From positions 64,001-98,989 of the forward strand of contig JBHJHB010000117.1 of assembly GCA_050331215.1 (NCBI GenBank): a DNA stretch of 34,989 nt, written 5' to 3'. How positions within the stretch are numbered: the stretch's first letter is position 1; every line of letters begins with the position of its first letter. Both the position numbers and the translations under genes were made by a program. The DNA comes from Sandaracinaceae bacterium. GTDB taxonomy: Bacteria; Myxococcota_A; Polyangia; Polyangiales; Sandaracinaceae. The notes beneath the pieces are model-generated. The model saw nothing but the letters and a program-made list of their open reading frames with translations, searched no databases and was not told where the DNA came from. Positions 10,647-18,922 of this stretch are shown here, piece by piece.

Positions 10647-12050
10647 TCACCGTCGCCCGGTCCTCGCGTAGGCAGGGCGGCCCCCCGCGGGGAGCGGCGG
10701 CCCCTCCGGGGCGGCCGCGATCCACGTGGCCGGCAGCACGGATGGGTGCACCTCGGTCAGGTCCACGTCGGGGTCGATCAGCCGCGCCCGCGGGCGCCCG
10801 TTCAGCGATGCCCAGGCATCCACCCGCACCTCCACGCCCCGCTCGCCCCGGGCCTCGAGGTCCCCCGCGATCCGGTGGGCGAGCTGAACGATCAGGTCCG
10901 GCTGACCGCTCATCTCACGCTCCTGGTGGAGGGTGAGGTACTGGTCGGGGCGCAGGTAGCGCTCCGCCGGGTGGTCGGCGGTCCGCACCCGATAGACCAC
11001 GCTCCCGCTCTTCTGACGCACCATCACGCGCCAGCTGAAGCGCATCCCCTGCTCGTGCCAGAGGACGTCGCCGCCGTAGGCATGAGCGCGGAGCGGGATC
11101 GCGACTTGGAGGCCGGCCCAGAGAGCCAGCGCGAGCACCGCGGGCCGGCGCAGGCGGACGGCCTCGGCGGGCGCGCCGAGGCTCTTGTCCCGTGCCTGCC
11201 GCCAGCCGAAGCGCCGCGCGAGGCTCCGGGGCCAGGAGGGGTCGAAGAACACCAGCGCGAAGCCGCTCATCAACCACGGGAACATGCCGATGTTGAACAG
11301 CACGCCGGTCGCCGCGTGGAAGGCGAGCACGACGGCGAGGGCGAAGGGTCGGGACCTGCGCCAGAGGAGCCAGAGCGGGATGGTCAGGTCGTAGAGGAAG
11401 CCGGCCCAGCTCATCGTCAGGGCGAGCCACGCGTCGTCCATCCACGGGCCGACGACGGCCAGGTCCGACCGGGAGGCGAGCCAGATCCCGAGCGGCTGCC
11501 CGTGGAGCAGCCAGTCCGGCTGCAGCTTGGCCAGCGCGGCGAACACGTACACCACGCCGACCTGGAAGCGCAGCGCCCAGGTCATCCAGGCGGGCAGGGT
11601 CCGCACCCGGATCGACGGCCGGAGCCAGGCGTCCACGGAGCCCGCCCGGTGGAGCGGGAGGACCGCCAGCAGCGCCGCCAGCAGGCTCACCAGCACGTAG
11701 TGGTTGAGGTAGAAGGTGACGTCGAGCAGCTCGACGTACGCGAACACCGCGAGGAACACGACCGTCGCCACCCGGTACAGCGCGCCGACGGCGATGGCGA
11801 GGGCGCTCACCGCGAGCACGGCGAACAGCGCGTAGAGCACGGGCCCGGGCGGGGTGGCGACCCAGTCGAACCCGGGGTAGTGGAAGGCGAAGGTCGGCTC
11901 GAGGTAGAAGGTCTCGACCCAGCCCGACAGCACCGTCCGGGCCACCGCCGCGAGCAGCAGCAGCCCGAAGATCACGCGGAACGCCACGAGGCCCGCGACG
12001 TCCCACGGCTCCTCGAGGCGCCGCCGGATGGCGGCGATGGCGCGAGGCAC
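10647..12050 (-). CDS. HTTM-domain (vitamin K-dependent gamma-carboxylase-like) integral membrane protein
   Basis: The N-terminal half is polytopic and hydrophobic, with the HTTM-type pattern (FRVIFGLLLL..., the W-rich helices WLLHGQPLGIW and MFPWLMSGFALVFFDPSW). A soluble C-terminal domain follows. The start is GTG at 12050, 8 nt after the imelysin stop. Confidence 0.7.
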   Translation of the reverse strand: MPRAIAAIRRRLEEPWDVAGLVAFRVIFGLLLLAAVARTVLSGWVETFYLEPTFAFHYPGFDWVATPPGPVLYALFAVLAVSALAIAVGALYRVATVVFLAVFAYVELLDVTFYLNHYVLVSLLAALLAVLPLHRAGSVDAWLRPSIRVRTLPAWMTWALRFQVGVVYVFAALAKLQPDWLLHGQPLGIWLASRSDLAVVGPWMDDAWLALTMSWAGFLYDLTIPLWLLWRRSRPFALAVVLAFHAATGVLFNIGMFPWLMSGFALVFFDPSWPRSLARRFGWRQARDKSLGAPAEAVRLRRPAVLALALWAGLQVAIPLRAHAYGGDVLWHEQGMRFSWRVMVRQKSGSVVYRVRTADHPAERYLRPDQYLTLHQEREMSGQPDLIVQLAHRIAGDLEARGERGVEVRVDAWASLNGRPRARLIDPDVDLTEVHPSVLPATWIAAAPEGPPLPAGGRPAYARTGRR

Positions 12051-12058
12051 GGCTACGC

Positions 12059-13228
12059 TCAGTCGTTGTCGCCGACCGGCGGCGCCGGCGGTGAGAAGTC
12101 GAGAGCCGCCGCGAAGTCGGTCTCGAGGATCACGACCACGGCCTGGAGCGCCGCGAAGGCAGCCTCCACGGTCTCCGGGTCGTCCGTGAGGGCCGCCTCC
12201 AGGCTCGGCTCCACCGCCTCGACGGCAGCGGCCGCGTCGTCGAGGGCGCTCGTCAGGTCCGCCGCGGTCGAGCCGGCTCCGAGGTCGTCGAGCAGGTCAT
12301 CCAGCCCGACCGGCGCGCCGACGACCACCGCCCTCGCGCCGGCGAGGTTCGCCGCGACGTTGTCCCGGGAGTGCGCCGCGATCGACGACTCCAGGTCGTC
12401 CGGGCACGGCGGCGCCTCGCACCGCGGGCGGCTGGCCATCCGGAGCCCCGAGGGGTCCCCGATCTTCATGTCGAGCACCTCGGACTCGAGGTAGAAGAGC
12501 GACCCCGCGAGGTTGCTGACGGCGAGCTGGGCGGTCGGAAAGAGCAGGGAGCCCAGGCCGGCCTCCGCGAGCTCGGCGCGGAAGCCGTCCGCACCGGCCC
12601 AGCCGGCGAGGATCGCCTCCGCCCGCTCCCGGACAAGCACCGCCAGGGTGGCGGCGTAGGCCGCCCGCCGGGCGCGGACACCCTCCGGGCCGATGGCGTC
12701 CCAGGTACCCTCCGCGTTGATCGGGTCCTGGGGCGGACAAGCGTTCGCGGTGTCCTCGACGAACAGGAGCACCTCGAGGGCATCCAGCCCGCGCACGTTC
12801 ATGTCCTCGGAGCGGAGCTGCTCGACGCTCCGGAAGCTCTCGGCGACCGTCTCCTGGTCCATCCGGCAGCGGTTCGTCTCGGGCCAGCTGTGGATCTCCA
12901 GGCCCAGGTCCTCCCCGCCGGGGCCGCTCCCCGCCGCTGCGCCGGGCCCGATCAGCGCCGCTTCGACGCTCTGCCAGGCGACCATCGTCGCCCGCCAGGC
13001 CGACCGGGCCGCGGACCGGTTCGGCTCGGTCACCTCCCCGGCGTAGGCCGCGGTCGCGGTCTCGAGCTCGACGGCCCGGTCCCGAACGTCCTGCAGCTGC
13101 GGCAGAAGCACGGCATCGGTGAGGGCCAGGAGCACCTCGCGCTTGCGGGGGGCCAGGGCATCCTCGGGCTCGCTCGCGGTGCAGCCGACGGTGGCGGCGA
13201 GCGCGAGCACGGTCAGGGTTCGAAGCAC
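12059..13228 (-). CDS. Imelysin-like (peptidase M75 / IrpA-EfeM family) lipoprotein
   Basis: The start is GTG at 13228, preceded by GGAG at a 10-nt spacing. The lipobox signal is LTVLALAATVG|C. The N-terminal imelysin-like pattern is VLLPQLQDVRDRAVELETA...ARSAWRATMVAWQSVEAALIGPG (helix-pair repeat, W...W...E...GP), and the acidic C-terminal second repeat is also present. I see no canonical HxxE protease motif, so this is more IrpA-like than a peptidase. Confidence 0.7.
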   Translation of the reverse strand: MLRTLTVLALAATVGCTASEPEDALAPRKREVLLALTDAVLLPQLQDVRDRAVELETATAAYAGEVTEPNRSAARSAWRATMVAWQSVEAALIGPGAAAGSGPGGEDLGLEIHSWPETNRCRMDQETVAESFRSVEQLRSEDMNVRGLDALEVLLFVEDTANACPPQDPINAEGTWDAIGPEGVRARRAAYAATLAVLVRERAEAILAGWAGADGFRAELAEAGLGSLLFPTAQLAVSNLAGSLFYLESEVLDMKIGDPSGLRMASRPRCEAPPCPDDLESSIAAHSRDNVAANLAGARAVVVGAPVGLDDLLDDLGAGSTAADLTSALDDAAAAVEAVEPSLEAALTDDPETVEAAFAALQAVVVILETDFAAALDFSPPAPPVGDND

Positions 13229-13244
13229 GGTCGGTCGTCTCCGC

Positions 13245-14675
13245 TCACCAGCCGCCGAGGCCCTGGTCGTCCCCGAGGTTGGCGGCATCGAAGGAAAAGG
13301 CGTCGGCGAGGATGGCACGCGCCTCGAGAAGGTCCAGGCGGTGGGCGTCGACGGCCTCCGCGCCGTCGACCGGCAGCACCGGGGCGTCGCCGAGGAGCGT
13401 GTGGAGGCGGTCGAAGGAACCCGCCGAGACCGGCGAGCGTGGGTTGAACTGGAACCCGAGGGCGAAGCCCTTGGCCTCCGACCAGTGCTTCGCGTGGTCG
13501 AGGAACCCGTAGTCGTCGGTCCCGATGGCCGCCAGGTCCTGAAGCTGCTCGTTGATGTAGTGAACCACGGTGGCCGCGTAGGCGGCCTCCCAGGCGCCGC
13601 GCGCCCGGTCCCGCTGGGCCCGCAGCGCCTCGAGGTCGTCCGGGTCGATCGGCCCGCTGCGGTCCGCGATCAGGTCGCGGCCGCGGCGGAAGGCGTCCCA
13701 GGCGGTCTCCGCGAAGTCGGTCTCGGCCCCCGCCGCGCTGTCGAGGTCGCGCCGGGCTGCGTTGCGGGAGGCGCCGAAGTTGTACTCGCTCTTCAGGTCG
13801 ATGCGGCCGTCCGACGCGATGGAGTCGCGGTACCGGTCGGCGCCCGCGACGTCGGCCAGGTCGTAGTCGCCGTAGTCCCGCGCGGCCCCGAAGTAACCGA
13901 AGGCCTCGTCCCAGGCGTGCTCGAGGGCGGTGTAGCCGCCCGCGTCATCGACGTGGTCCGCGAGCAGCCCCTTGCCCTCGACGTCGTCGTCCAGGTAGTC
14001 GTCCGCGGCCTGGTGGAACGCGAGGGCGACCAGGAAGAACTTCTCCGTGAGCTGGGCCAGGTCGAGGCCGCTCTCCGTGACGGTCACGGGCAGGCTGCTG
14101 CCGTCGGGGCCCGTACGGGGGTCGCCCTGCGCCCGCTTGAGCGCGTTGGCCTCCACCGTCTCGAACATCGCCGTCACGAGCCCCGTGGGCGACGTGATGC
14201 TGCCGCCGTGCTGCGCGAGGGCGGGGTCCGACCAGCCCCGGAAGTCGGTCGACCAGTCGACGTAGTCGGTCGCCGGGTCGTTGCCCGCGAGCTTCTGGTC
14301 GAGGGACGCGCCGGTCGACACCTCGCCGTACGTCTCCTGGAGGAGCGGCGGATCGGTCGCGAGGAGCGGCGCGAGGCCCGCCGCCGCGTCCCCGTCGAAC
14401 CGGAAGTAGAAGTCCAGGCGAGCGACGACGTCCCCCTCCTCCGCGGGCTGGACGTCGCCGCGGTCGATCTGCTCGGTCAACCCGTCGAGGCTCCGCCGCA
14501 GCTCGCCGATCAGGAGATGGCGCATCGTCTGGCCGCTGTAGGCGACGCTGGAGTCGGCGCCGGCGAAGCGGCTGCCGAACGCATAGGTAGCCGGGAGGCT
14601 GCCACCCGCTTCGCCGCCGCAGGCGGACGTCAGGCACAGCGCGGGGCAGAGCAGGAGCAAGGAACGAAGCGACAT
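13245..14675 (-). CDS. Secreted lipoprotein, DUF4856-like (imelysin-associated family); function unknown
   Basis: The start is ATG at 14675, preceded by GGAG at a 7-nt spacing. The lipobox signal is MSLRSLLLLCPALCLTSA|CGG. It is the first gene of the operon and lies 16 nt upstream of the imelysin gene. The family name comes from my memory of recurring imelysin-HTTM-DUF4856 neighbourhoods and is unverified here. Confidence 0.6.
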   Translation of the reverse strand: MSLRSLLLLCPALCLTSACGGEAGGSLPATYAFGSRFAGADSSVAYSGQTMRHLLIGELRRSLDGLTEQIDRGDVQPAEEGDVVARLDFYFRFDGDAAAGLAPLLATDPPLLQETYGEVSTGASLDQKLAGNDPATDYVDWSTDFRGWSDPALAQHGGSITSPTGLVTAMFETVEANALKRAQGDPRTGPDGSSLPVTVTESGLDLAQLTEKFFLVALAFHQAADDYLDDDVEGKGLLADHVDDAGGYTALEHAWDEAFGYFGAARDYGDYDLADVAGADRYRDSIASDGRIDLKSEYNFGASRNAARRDLDSAAGAETDFAETAWDAFRRGRDLIADRSGPIDPDDLEALRAQRDRARGAWEAAYAATVVHYINEQLQDLAAIGTDDYGFLDHAKHWSEAKGFALGFQFNPRSPVSAGSFDRLHTLLGDAPVLPVDGAEAVDAHRLDLLEARAILADAFSFDAANLGDDQGLGGW

Positions 14676-14711
14676 GCGAGGTCTCCGAAGGGTCGAGGTG
14701 TCGTGGAAGAG

Positions 14712-14745
14712 ACGGACGATAATGAGTTTGATTCTCAGTTGCGCC
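14712..14745. promoter_or_regulatory. Candidate Fur box / iron-responsive operator in the divergent promoter region
   Basis: GATAATGAGTTTGATTCTC (14718-14736) matches the 19-bp Fur consensus GATAATGATAATCATTATC at 14 of 19 positions, including the perfect first 8. It sits in a locally AT-rich patch of an otherwise about 70% GC region, 40-60 bp upstream of the first operon gene (start 14675, minus strand). It also contains the inverted repeat TGAG-TTTGATT-CTCA. Confidence 0.45.
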
Positions 14746-14798
14746 CAGGGGTAGCGGGCGGCGGAGACGCCGTCAAGCTCGCACGTTGGCCTCCTCAC

Positions 14799-15692
14799 GT
14801 GGCGCCGGTAGGCTCCAGAGACGTGCAGTCGCTCCTGAAGCTCCTGGACCTGGTGCGCCGCGACCTCGGCGCGCAGGACGTCCGAGCCGAGATCGGCGGC
14901 CGACCGCCGCCCCCCGACGCGCGACGCATCTGGGCGGAGCTGGATCCCGACCTCCGGGTCGTGGTGACCTTCGCGGAGCCCCCTGGCGTACCGGAGGAGC
15001 TCCGAGCCCGCCTCGTGGCTCTGCTCGTCCCGTTCTCCGACCTTCCGCGGCGTGTGGTGTTCCCGGCCCTCGAGGTGCCGGAGAACAAGGAGCGGGAGCT
15101 CGACGAGGAGCTCTCGACCCTCGCCGAGCGGACCGGCGCCCTGGCCGCCGTGGTGATCGACGAGCGCTCACCCGTGCTCTGGGGGACGAGCGTGCCGCGG
15201 GTGGAGGGCTGGGACGTCGCGCGGATGGAGGAGGCCGTGCGGCTCGCCGCGGACGTCGCCTCCTACGGGCTCGATCCCACCGAGGCCCTCCTCGAGGACG
15301 CCCCCGCCCCGGCGGGCATCGACGTCACCCGGCAGCGTCGCTGGGCCCACCGCTTCGCAGGGCTGAGGCCTCTCCTTCCCGAGGGCGGCCGCGACGGATG
15401 GCGTAACGCCCTGACCCTCGCCCGTGCCGTCCATGCCGTGCGCGACCGTTGCCGGGGTGGACGCGCGCCCGAGCGGCTGGCCCTGGCCGAGAGCGACCTC
15501 GGGGTGTTCGCGCGCGGCCTCGCGCATATCTACGCGGCGGTGCTCGTGTTCGAAGGCCCCTACTCCGAGCTCCACGCCGAGGGCCCCCTCGTGCGGGTTC
15601 TGCCGACCCTGGAGAGCCTGGTCCTGGCCCTGCCGCCAGTGGAGCCCCCACCCCGGGGGGCCAAGGTCATCCCGCTGCGGTCCGGCCCGTGA
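14799..15692 (+). CDS. Hypothetical protein (about 298 aa)
   Basis: This is the in-frame tail of the artefactual 857-aa ORF 13119..15692. The first plausible starts are the GTGs at 14799 and 14823, which I cannot distinguish. The stop TGA at 15690-15692 overlaps the next gene's GTG (GTGA). I recognise no domain. The segment AAVVIDERSPVLWG is faintly roadblock-like. Confidence 0.5.
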   Translation: MAPVGSRDVQSLLKLLDLVRRDLGAQDVRAEIGGRPPPPDARRIWAELDPDLRVVVTFAEPPGVPEELRARLVALLVPFSDLPRRVVFPALEVPENKERELDEELSTLAERTGALAAVVIDERSPVLWGTSVPRVEGWDVARMEEAVRLAADVASYGLDPTEALLEDAPAPAGIDVTRQRRWAHRFAGLRPLLPEGGRDGWRNALTLARAVHAVRDRCRGGRAPERLALAESDLGVFARGLAHIYAAVLVFEGPYSELHAEGPLVRVLPTLESLVLALPPVEPPPRGAKVIPLRSGP

Positions 15693-16249
15693 GCCCGGAC
15701 GTCCGCGACCGGCTGACCGTGGTCCATACGGACCTCGATGGGCGGACCTATCGGCACGGCACGTCGGCGGGTCTCGAGGTCGGCGGCCTGGGCAAGCCGC
15801 CGCCGACCCTCCGGGGCCGCCTCGCGGGCCGGCTCCTGCGCGGGCTGGCCTGGCCGGCCGCGGTGGTCCTCATGGCGCTTGCGCTCCGCGTGCAGCTCGC
15901 CGGGATCCTGCCCCTGGCCCTCTGCCTCGTGGCCGCCCTGCCGGGCGCCTTCGTGGGGCTCCTCGCGCTCGGCGACCGGGTCGAGCGCCCCCCCCACCGC
16001 TACCGGCTCCGGCCCTTCGTCCTCCGCTCCACGGCGCAAGACCCTCGGGCCCGCTCCGCGGACCTCGGCGAGGAGACCCGGGCCCCCCTCCCCGCTCGGG
16101 CCGCGCTGACGACGCTCCGCACGGGGGACGACTGGGGCGTCGGGCTCGCCCACCGCGCCGCGCTGGTCGAGGGCCTGCGCGGGGAGATCGCGCAGCGGCT
16201 CGTCACCGAGGTCGAGACGCAGCGCGCGCGGCTCTCCGCGCACGGCTGA
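15689..16249 (+). CDS. Hypothetical small membrane protein (about 186 aa, 2 predicted TM helices)
   Basis: The GTG at 15689 overlaps the upstream stop (GTGA), implying translational coupling. The hydrophobic segments are AAVVLMALALRVQLAGILPLALCLVAALPGAFVGLLAL. Confidence 0.5.
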   Translation: MSPDVRDRLTVVHTDLDGRTYRHGTSAGLEVGGLGKPPPTLRGRLAGRLLRGLAWPAAVVLMALALRVQLAGILPLALCLVAALPGAFVGLLALGDRVERPPHRYRLRPFVLRSTAQDPRARSADLGEETRAPLPARAALTTLRTGDDWGVGLAHRAALVEGLRGEIAQRLVTEVETQRARLSAHG

Positions 16250-16335
16250 CCGACGAGGGCCGCCCCACCGCGTCGAGGCCCGAAGCGTGCAGGGAGCGCA
16301 CGTTCTCAGGGCGAGCGGGCTGCTAGAGTCCGCGC

Positions 16336-16887
16336 ATGCTCCGGACGCTCTCCCTCCTCCCGTTGCTGGCGGTGATCGGCTGCGGCCCGCCCTGGATCGC
16401 TCACCGGCTGTCCGGGCCTCCGAGCGCGCTGGCCGGGACACAGGCTCTCCTCGTCAGCTTCGACCTGGGCCAAGTCGTGATCGACGGGTACGACTACCCG
16501 GCCTTCCTCGCCCTCGCGGAGCCGGAGGAGGTGGACAACGTCGAGCGTGCGTTGGCCGAGCTCCAGCCGACCCTGTACCAGGAGTTCGCGGCACGCGTGC
16601 CCGTTCCCGCGCAGCGGGTCGAGCCCACGCCGGCAGGCCCCGGCGAGGTCCGGATGGTCGCGGTCCTCGAGGAGGTCATCCGGGGGCCCCGCGGCCCCTG
16701 CTGCGGCGCGACGAGGGTGACCTGGCGCTTCGAGTTCTTCGTGGACGGGACCCTGACGGACTCGATCAGCGTCCCCACCGAGGTCGGGTCGAGCATCACC
16801 CGGCCGAGCGTCGAGCAGCGAGCCCAGGCGGCGAGCCGGCGCGCCGGGGCGGTGGCGGCGTCCTTCGTCCAGAAGAACCTGGGCTGA
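16336..16887 (+). CDS. Hypothetical lipoprotein (183 aa)
   Basis: The signal peptide is MLRTLSLLPLLAVIG|CG with a lipobox. I recognise no conserved domain. Confidence 0.55.
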   Translation: MLRTLSLLPLLAVIGCGPPWIAHRLSGPPSALAGTQALLVSFDLGQVVIDGYDYPAFLALAEPEEVDNVERALAELQPTLYQEFAARVPVPAQRVEPTPAGPGEVRMVAVLEEVIRGPRGPCCGATRVTWRFEFFVDGTLTDSISVPTEVGSSITRPSVEQRAQAASRRAGAVAASFVQKNLG

Positions 16888-16975
16888 GGCCGCCCGGCAC
16901 CGGTACGGCGACGACGGCGCGGCGGTCCCCGAGCCAGCGGGCGATCCGTTCGGGAGCCGGGCCGCCCGCCCGCGG

Positions 16976-18310
16976 GTGCGGCCGCCGACGCCCCCCTCAT
17001 ACTCCGGCCCCGTGACCGCGCCCGCGCTCCCCCGCCGGAACCTCCCGCTCTACCTGGGCGCGCGCGTGGCGGCAGCCACGGGCATCCAGATCCAGAGCGT
17101 CGCGATCGGCCTCCAGGTCTACGAGCGCACGGGGAGCACGCTCGACCTCGGCAACGTCGGCCTCGCCCAGTTCGTGCCCCTCGCCCTCTTGAGCGCCTAC
17201 GCCGGGAGCTTCGCCGACCGCCACGACCGCCGCACGATCCTGACCGCCTGCCGGGTGCTCTACGCCGTCGGCAGCCTCGCCCTCGCGTCGCTCTGCTTCG
17301 CCCCGGGATGGGGGGTGGGCCCCATCTACGTCGTCCTGGTGGTGCTCGGCGCGACGCGGGCCTTCTCGTGGCCGGCGAGCTCGGCGCTCCTTCCCAACGT
17401 GGTCTCTCTGGCCGAGCTCCCGCGAGCGATCGCCCTCAGCTCGATCGCGTTCCAGGTCGCCACGGTGAGCGGCCCGGCCCTGAGCGGCATCCTCTACGCG
17501 GCCGCCGGGCCCGAGGGCGCGTACCTCGCGTCGGCGGTCCTCGAGGGGACGAGCGCGGTGCTCGTGTTCCTCCTGCGACCCGCCCCCCGGCGTGGCCCCG
17601 TCCGGCCCACCGAGCCCTGGCCTCGGCAGTTCCTCTCCGGGCTGCGCTACGTGTTCCGGGAGAAGATCGTCCTCGGCGCGCTCAGCCTCGACCTGTTCGC
17701 GGTGCTCCTGGGCGGGGCGGTGGCGTTGATGCCCGTCTACGCCACGGACATCCTGGGCGTCGGGGCGACCGGGTTCGGCTGGCTCCGGGCCGCGCCAGCC
17801 GTCGGCGCCGTGGTCGTCGCGATCTTCCTGGCGTCGCGGCCGATCCGACGCCGCGCGGGGCTCTACCTGTTCCTCGGGGTCGGGCTGTTCGGCCTCGCCA
17901 CGATCGTGTTCGGGCTCTCCCGGAGCTTCGGCCTGTCGCTGATCGCCCTCGTGATCCTGGGCGGCGCGGACATGGTCAGCGTGGTGATCCGCCGCAGCCT
18001 GATCCAGCTCTGGACGCCCGACGCGATGAGGGGTCGGGTGAGCGCCGTCGACATGGTCTTCGTCGGGGCGAGCAACGAGCTCGGCGAGATGGAGTCGGGC
18101 TACAGCGCGCGGCTCCTGGAGGTAGGCGTCGGCCTCGAGAAGGAGAAGGCGGTCGTCGCCGCCGTGGTCCTCGGCGGGGTCGGCACCCTGATGGTGACGG
18201 GGCTGTGGGCCTGGGCATTCCCGAGCCTCCGGCGCACCGACCGCCTCCAGGGGCGCGACGGGGCGCGCCCGACGCCGGTGCCGCCCGACGGCGCGCCAGG
18301 CGGCCGCTAG
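16976..18310 (+). CDS. MFS transporter (EntS/ENTS-like 12-TM efflux family)
   Basis: The protein has 12 hydrophobic segments and a conserved MFS loop motif (GSFADRHDRR; also LASRPIRRR). The exact start is uncertain; it is either the ATG at 16976 or an internal GTG. Confidence 0.75.
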   Translation: MRPPTPPSYSGPVTAPALPRRNLPLYLGARVAAATGIQIQSVAIGLQVYERTGSTLDLGNVGLAQFVPLALLSAYAGSFADRHDRRTILTACRVLYAVGSLALASLCFAPGWGVGPIYVVLVVLGATRAFSWPASSALLPNVVSLAELPRAIALSSIAFQVATVSGPALSGILYAAAGPEGAYLASAVLEGTSAVLVFLLRPAPRRGPVRPTEPWPRQFLSGLRYVFREKIVLGALSLDLFAVLLGGAVALMPVYATDILGVGATGFGWLRAAPAVGAVVVAIFLASRPIRRRAGLYLFLGVGLFGLATIVFGLSRSFGLSLIALVILGGADMVSVVIRRSLIQLWTPDAMRGRVSAVDMVFVGASNELGEMESGYSARLLEVGVGLEKEKAVVAAVVLGGVGTLMVTGLWAWAFPSLRRTDRLQGRDGARPTPVPPDGAPGGR

Positions 18311-18323
18311 CCGCAGCCTGCTG

Positions 18324-18489
18324 CTAGTCACCTGGAACAGCAGTGAGTGGTCAATCCCGGCGAGCGATCGGCGCCCGAATCAAGGAACGACGACGAGGAA
18401 TACTTCGCGTCTTTCGAGGAGAAGTGACGCCGAGTCGGGCGTCGAGGGCCGGCGGAATTTTGCCACGAATCGCTGAGACAGGTGACTAG
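18324..18489. repeat. MITE/REP-like intergenic element, long copy (166 bp), in inverted orientation relative to copy 3010..3085
   Basis: 18324-18374 is the reverse complement of the right about 50 bp of the 3010..3085 copy, with about 8 mismatches. 18464-18489 is the reverse complement of its left 26 bp, with 1 mismatch. The roughly 90-bp internal segment (18375-18463) is absent from the short copy. Both ends are CTAG(G/T)CACC inverted repeats. The element supplies the stop codon of the Rieske gene (18486-18488). Confidence 0.7.
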
Positions 18490-18854
18490 GGCTCGATGAA
18501 GGCCTGGCCGTCCTCCTCGACGACGGTGAACGCCCGGATCCCGGTCGGCTTCTTGCCGAGGGCGATCAGCGCGCGGCTCCAGGTCGGCACCTTCACGCCG
18601 ATCACGCCCGGAACCCAATCGAGGTTCTCCCCGGTCTTCAGGTCGTACTTGGAGTTGTGGAGCGGACAGATGATCGCCCCGTCCTCCACCGTCCCGCGAT
18701 CGAGGGGGACCGGGAGGTGAGCGCACCGGTTCTCCACGGCGCAGAGCGTCCCCCCGGCCCGCACCACCAGCGCGGTGGTCCCCGCGACCTTCACCTTGTG
18801 AATGGCGCCCTCGGCGAAGTCCGAGCTGGCCCCGATCGATACGCGATCCGTCAT
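18486..18854 (-). CDS. Rieske (2Fe-2S) domain protein, small ferredoxin-like subunit
   Basis: The protein has the CAHLPVPL ... CPLHNSKY boxes (C-x-H ... C-x-x-H Rieske ligands). The start is chosen at the ATG at 18854 (MTDRVSIG...). The longer ORF to 18932 would overlap the upstream gene. Confidence 0.75.
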   Translation of the reverse strand: MTDRVSIGASSDFAEGAIHKVKVAGTTALVVRAGGTLCAVENRCAHLPVPLDRGTVEDGAIICPLHNSKYDLKTGENLDWVPGVIGVKVPTWSRALIALGKKPTGIRAFTVVEEDGQAFIEP

Positions 18855-18922
18855 GCGGCAAGGGTGGACCAGCGCGCCCGGGTGCCACAAGGGGGCTCGC
18901 GCCGGGGCGGCGCCGGCCGCCG

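Noticed and set aside
7927-10671. 914-aa plus-strand ORF and the 7739..9598 minus ORF overlapping the TonB receptor gene
   Set aside because: The first is an antisense artefact and the second an alternative-frame artefact. The TonB-receptor frame has clear plug and barrel motifs, and the others are low-complexity Arg/Pro/Gly-rich.
10746-12494. 582-aa plus ORF, plus other long ORFs (10915..12006, 16997..18331, 17308..18327, 19986..21899, 20224..21411, 22919..24529, 24526..27003, 28336..30552, 33604..34470)
   Set aside because: All overlap genes with recognisable domains on the other strand or frame. Their translations are dominated by R/G/A/P low complexity, characteristic of spurious ORFs in about 70% GC DNA.
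13119-15692. 857-aa plus-strand ORF spanning the imelysin/DUF4856 region
   Set aside because: It is antisense to two minus-strand genes that have lipobox signals and RBSs. Only its 3' part (14799..15692) lies in otherwise non-coding space, and I kept that as a tentative gene.
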